NCBI GenBank assembly: GCA_944393205.1 | Contig: CALXZI010000004.1 | Coordinates: 1 to 62,777, forward strand | DNA: 62,777 nt | Direction: 5' to 3' | Source of the DNA: an uncultured Alphaproteobacteria bacterium | GTDB taxonomy: Bacteria; Pseudomonadota; Alphaproteobacteria; RF32; CAG-239 | In this document: positions 59,558 to 62,777 of the stretch, piece after piece | Position numbering within the stretch: the stretch's first letter is position 1 | Layout: each line of letters begins with the position of its first letter | Notes under the pieces: generated by a model | What the model was told of the DNA's origin: nothing | The model's input: the letters and a program-made list of their open reading frames with translations, nothing else | The model's database searches: none | Translations under genes and position numbers: made by a program

Positions 59558-59995
59558 TTATAGTTTTTTGACCATCTTGGCAAAGGTCAATCCTTGTTCG
59601 GCAAATAAATCACCTTCTTGTTTGTAGCCGAGTTTTTCATAGAAATGTACAACGGAGAGCATGGCATGCATCACGATTTTGGAATAACCAGCTTCTTTGG
59701 CTCGTTTTTCGGCATATGCTACCAACTGGCGACCGATGCCTTCGCCTTGATAAACAGGTTCAACAGCGACTTGCATCATGCGAATTTCTTTATCATTAAC
59801 CGGTGCCAATATTAATCCGCCGACAAGTTTGCCGTCAAGGCTTTCTATGCAACCAATGTGAAGATATGCCGCTTCTTTATCGCGAAAAGAATCCAAAAAT
59901 TTGAGACCCAGCGGTTCAAGCAGAACTTTGTAACGCAATTCCACCAGTTCATCATAACGTGAGGAGCCAAAATCAACATCAATCATTTTTTTCAT
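59558..59995 (-). CDS. GNAT-family N-acetyltransferase (ElaA/YjcF-like)
   Basis: 'MMQVAVEPVYQGEGIGRQLVAYAEKRAKEAGYSKIVMHA...FYEKLGY' is the acetyl-CoA-binding Q/RxxGxG motif A/B. AAGGAGG RBS. Confidence 0.85.
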   Translation of the reverse strand: MKKMIDVDFGSSRYDELVELRYKVLLEPLGLKFLDSFRDKEAAYLHIGCIESLDGKLVGGLILAPVNDKEIRMMQVAVEPVYQGEGIGRQLVAYAEKRAKEAGYSKIVMHAMLSVVHFYEKLGYKQEGDLFAEQGLTFAKMVKKL

Positions 59996-60116
59996 GTGAG
60001 CCTCCTTTTGAATTATATCCTATTAAAACATATTTTACGGATTATTTCAATAATATATTGCCTAAAGCAAAAATTTAATTTATTTATGTGGTAAATAAAA
60101 ATGTAAGGAAAGATAA

Positions 60117-61919
60117 ATGACTGAATTGAACCTGATCAGAAATTTTGCCATTATTGCTCATATTGACCACGGAAAATCCACGCTTGCCGATAGGATGATT
60201 GAATACTGCGGCGGGTTGACGCATCGGGAAATGACCGATCAGGTTTTGGATTCAATGGATATTGAAAAAGAACGCGGCATCACGATTAAAGCGCAAACCG
60301 TGCGGCTTAATTATCAAGCCCAAGACGGCAAAACCTATCAGCTTAATTTGATGGATACGCCCGGACATGTGGATTTTTCTTATGAGGTTTCGCGCTCGCT
60401 TGCTTCTTGCGAAGGGTCTGTTTTAGTGGTGGACGCCACGCAAGGAGTTGAGGCACAAACTTTGGCGAACGTTTATTTGGCGATTGAAAACAATCATGAA
60501 ATCGTGCCGGTTTTAAACAAAATTGATTTGCCGTCGGCTGATCCGGAGAAAGTCAAAAGGCAGATTGAAGACGTTATCGGTCTGGATGCATCGGATGCGG
60601 TGGAAACATCGGGCAAAACCGGTTTGGGCGTACCGGCGTTGTTGGAAGCCATTGTGCAGCGGCTGCCGGCACCGATTGGCGATGCCGACGCGCCGTTGAA
60701 AGCACTGTTGATTGACAGTTGGTATGATTCGTATCTGGGCGTGATTATTTTGGTGCGTATCAAAGATGGTGTGTTAAGGAAAAAAACGCCTATCCGCATG
60801 ATGTCAAACGGCGCGGCTTACAGCGTTGACAAAGTAGGGATTTTTACACCCAAAATGCAGGATATAGATGCTTTATATCCGGGTGAGGTCGGGTTTATTA
60901 CCGCCAGCATTAAGAGCGTTTCGGATTGTCGGGTGGGCGATACCATTACCAATGATAAAACACCGTGTGCGGAAGCTTTGCCCGGGTTTAAGCCTTCCGT
61001 TCCGGTGGTTTTTTGCTCTATTTTTCCGGTGGATTCCAGCCAGTATGAAGCTTTGAAAGACGCCTTGGCCAAACTCAAATTAAACGATGCCAGCATCAAT
61101 TATCAAAATGAAAATTCGGCAGCGTTGGGGCTCGGTTTTCGTTGCGGCTTTTTAGGGCTGTTGCACATGGAGATTATTCAGGAGCGAATTGGCCGTGAGT
61201 TTGATTTGGATATCATCACAACGGCGCCGTCAGTAGCCTATAAAATCCACATGAGCGACGGTTCGGAAATCATGCTGCACAATCCGGCGGATATGCCTGA
61301 TTTGAGTACGGTGCGCTCTATTGAAGAACCGATGGTCAAAGCCACGATTTTGGTGCCGGACACTTATCTCGGTGCGGTTTTAAAACTCTGCACCGAACGC
61401 CGCGGTGAACAGGTGGAGCTGACTTATGTCGGCAGCCGCGCTATGGTGGTTTATAACATTCCGTTAAATGAAATTGTGTTTGATTTTTATGACCGCTTAA
61501 AGTCCATCACCAGCGGTTATGCCAGCTTTGATTATGAGTTGACCGGTTATCAGGAGTCAGATTTGGTTAAAGTGCAAATTTTGATTAATGAAGAACCGGT
61601 TGATGCCTTGGCGTTTTTGTGCCATCGCAGCGAAGCGGAAGCCAGAGGCCGTCAAATTTGCGAACGATTGAAAGATTTAATCCCGAGACATTTGTTTAAA
61701 ATCCCAATACAGGCGGCAATCGGCGGTCGGGTGGTGGCTCGTGAGACGATTTCAGCTCTGCGCAAAGATGTGACCGCCAAATGTTACGGCGGCGATGTGA
61801 CCCGCAAACGCAAGCTTTTAGACAAGCAAAAGAAAGGCAAGCAGCGGATGCGTCAATTCGGCAAAGTAGATGTGCCGCAATCAGCGTTTATTGAAGCTTT
61901 GCGAATCGGTGATGATTAA
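60117..61919 (+). CDS. lepA: Translation elongation factor 4 (LepA)
   Basis: '[20 protein letters not shown]', 'DTPGHVDF', 'NKIDL' and the LepA-specific C-terminus '[21 protein letters not shown]'. Confidence 0.97.
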   Translation: MTELNLIRNFAIIAHIDHGKSTLADRMIEYCGGLTHREMTDQVLDSMDIEKERGITIKAQTVRLNYQAQDGKTYQLNLMDTPGHVDFSYEVSRSLASCEGSVLVVDATQGVEAQTLANVYLAIENNHEIVPVLNKIDLPSADPEKVKRQIEDVIGLDASDAVETSGKTGLGVPALLEAIVQRLPAPIGDADAPLKALLIDSWYDSYLGVIILVRIKDGVLRKKTPIRMMSNGAAYSVDKVGIFTPKMQDIDALYPGEVGFITASIKSVSDCRVGDTITNDKTPCAEALPGFKPSVPVVFCSIFPVDSSQYEALKDALAKLKLNDASINYQNENSAALGLGFRCGFLGLLHMEIIQERIGREFDLDIITTAPSVAYKIHMSDGSEIMLHNPADMPDLSTVRSIEEPMVKATILVPDTYLGAVLKLCTERRGEQVELTYVGSRAMVVYNIPLNEIVFDFYDRLKSITSGYASFDYELTGYQESDLVKVQILINEEPVDALAFLCHRSEAEARGRQICERLKDLIPRHLFKIPIQAAIGGRVVARETISALRKDVTAKCYGGDVTRKRKLLDKQKKGKQRMRQFGKVDVPQSAFIEALRIGDD

Positions 61920-61928
61920 TATAGCGCA

Positions 61929-62726
61929 TCATTTCCATACAATGCGTATCAAGCAATAATTTCCTACAAAGCAATTTTCGCAAAGGTCGTGAATTTTGGC
62001 GACGCTTAAATCACGCAAGCAGTTGGTTCCTTTGCTGCAATATGCATCGCCATAGGTGCGTCCAAGGTAAGTATCCGCATCTTCATTGTCTGTGGTAATG
62101 TAATGCGTTTGCCATAAAATGTTATGCAATTCTTTGCTGAAGTTCCAGACATTTTGACAACTTTCTTTTTCATTGACATAAACGCCAATTTTGAAAAATC
62201 CTTCGGTGTTGCTTGTTTCATAAGCAACACTTATGCGGTTGCCCATAGAATCAAAAATATATCTATCCTGTTTCTTCATTTCTTGCGGGATGAGATTGAG
62301 TTTGGCCATGATATCAGTCAGAAAAATATTTCCGTAAGAAGCCGCTTGAGTGCGAAACTCTCCTAAATTAAAAACCTGATAAGCACCGTTAAGTATCGCT
62401 GTCAGTTGCTCGGTTTGTTTGTTGAGTTTGTATTTAAGCATAGCTTTTGAGTAACCCGAGATAGCGCCAACACTCAACACTCCAATAATTGCTAAAACCC
62501 CTAACATTTCCACCATACTTCTTCCGGAAGAAATTGCGTATAACGGCGCATCTAAAGCGCTTTTATGCGAAGTCGGAAAATTCACGTACGTTTTATGTAC
62601 GCTAGAATTTTCCTCCCCGCTAGAAAGCACTTTATCTGCACCATTCTCCGCAATTTCATTATGTGCATGAAAGGAAAAGCTAAAAAAATCAAACAAATTT
62701 ATCAAAAGAACTCCTAAAAACTGCAA
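61929..62726 (-). CDS. Prepilin-type N-terminal motif protein (type IV pilin/pseudopilin-like); start codon uncertain
   Basis: 'G-RSMVEMLGVLAIIGVLSVGAISGY' has Gly at -1, Glu at +5 and a hydrophobic helix, as in class III signal peptides. There is no in-frame ATG upstream of the motif; the track start is TTG. Confidence 0.55.
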   Translation of the reverse strand: MQFLGVLLINLFDFFSFSFHAHNEIAENGADKVLSSGEENSSVHKTYVNFPTSHKSALDAPLYAISSGRSMVEMLGVLAIIGVLSVGAISGYSKAMLKYKLNKQTEQLTAILNGAYQVFNLGEFRTQAASYGNIFLTDIMAKLNLIPQEMKKQDRYIFDSMGNRISVAYETSNTEGFFKIGVYVNEKESCQNVWNFSKELHNILWQTHYITTDNEDADTYLGRTYGDAYCSKGTNCLRDLSVAKIHDLCENCFVGNYCLIRIVWK

Positions 62727-62777
62727 AAAATACTTATTTGCTCGTCATTCTAAACCGTTTTTTTTTTTTGCAATTTT

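Noticed and set aside
1-62777. Looked for CRISPR arrays, rRNA genes, transposase/integrase genes, additional tRNAs and long tandem repeats.
   Set aside because: None found by eye. The only near-exact repeats noted are the 19-nt tRNA-Lys end copy, the 17-nt direct repeat and the GTAAAC-loop hairpins. A computational repeat and tRNA scan would be needed to exclude others.

Overview
62.8-kb, densely coding chromosomal segment with moderately low GC by eye. GGAGG-type ribosome-binding sites are frequent and many intergenic hairpin+T-run terminators are visible. The gene content and order look alphaproteobacterial: FtsZ has a long C-terminal linker, and the nuoN-birA-rnj gene order is present. The metabolism looks fermentative. 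Recognisable blocks, left to right: (1) the 3' end of a squalene/phytoene-synthase-family gene, envelope and secreted proteins, DUF192 and recJ. (2) Stress and envelope genes (HdeD-like, YgiW-like OB-fold, XRE regulator, small beta-barrel outer-membrane protein, DUF4139). (3) A glgB-glgX-malQ alpha-glucan cluster. (4) trmJ, cysE and an alpha/beta-hydrolase plus HD-domain pair. (5) A compacted dcw cluster, mraY-ftsW-murB-ftsQ-ftsA-ftsZ, on the minus strand. (6) folA-thyA. (7) A 1186-aa pyruvate:ferredoxin oxidoreductase. (8) An accessory-looking, partly AT-rich stretch at about 36.9-42.3 kb. It holds an orphan RelA/SpoT-fold protein, ybaK, a compositionally mosaic 473-aa ORF, tRNA-Lys(UUU) and a 19-nt duplicate of the tRNA 3' end. 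(9) Three highly diverged NuoL/M/N-like membrane proteins followed by birA and RNase J, with no nuoA-K in the window. (10) An LD-carboxypeptidase, a membrane-anchored T4-lysozyme-like protein, pta-ackA flanked by two AI-2E-family transporters, a GNAT, lepA and a prepilin-motif protein at the right edge. No CRISPR array, rRNA, transposase or integrase was recognised. The most unusual items are the orphan nuoLMN relic, the single-gene RelA/SpoT-fold protein and the tRNA-Lys-associated att-like repeat and structured segment. All family calls come from by-eye motif recognition, not from database searches.
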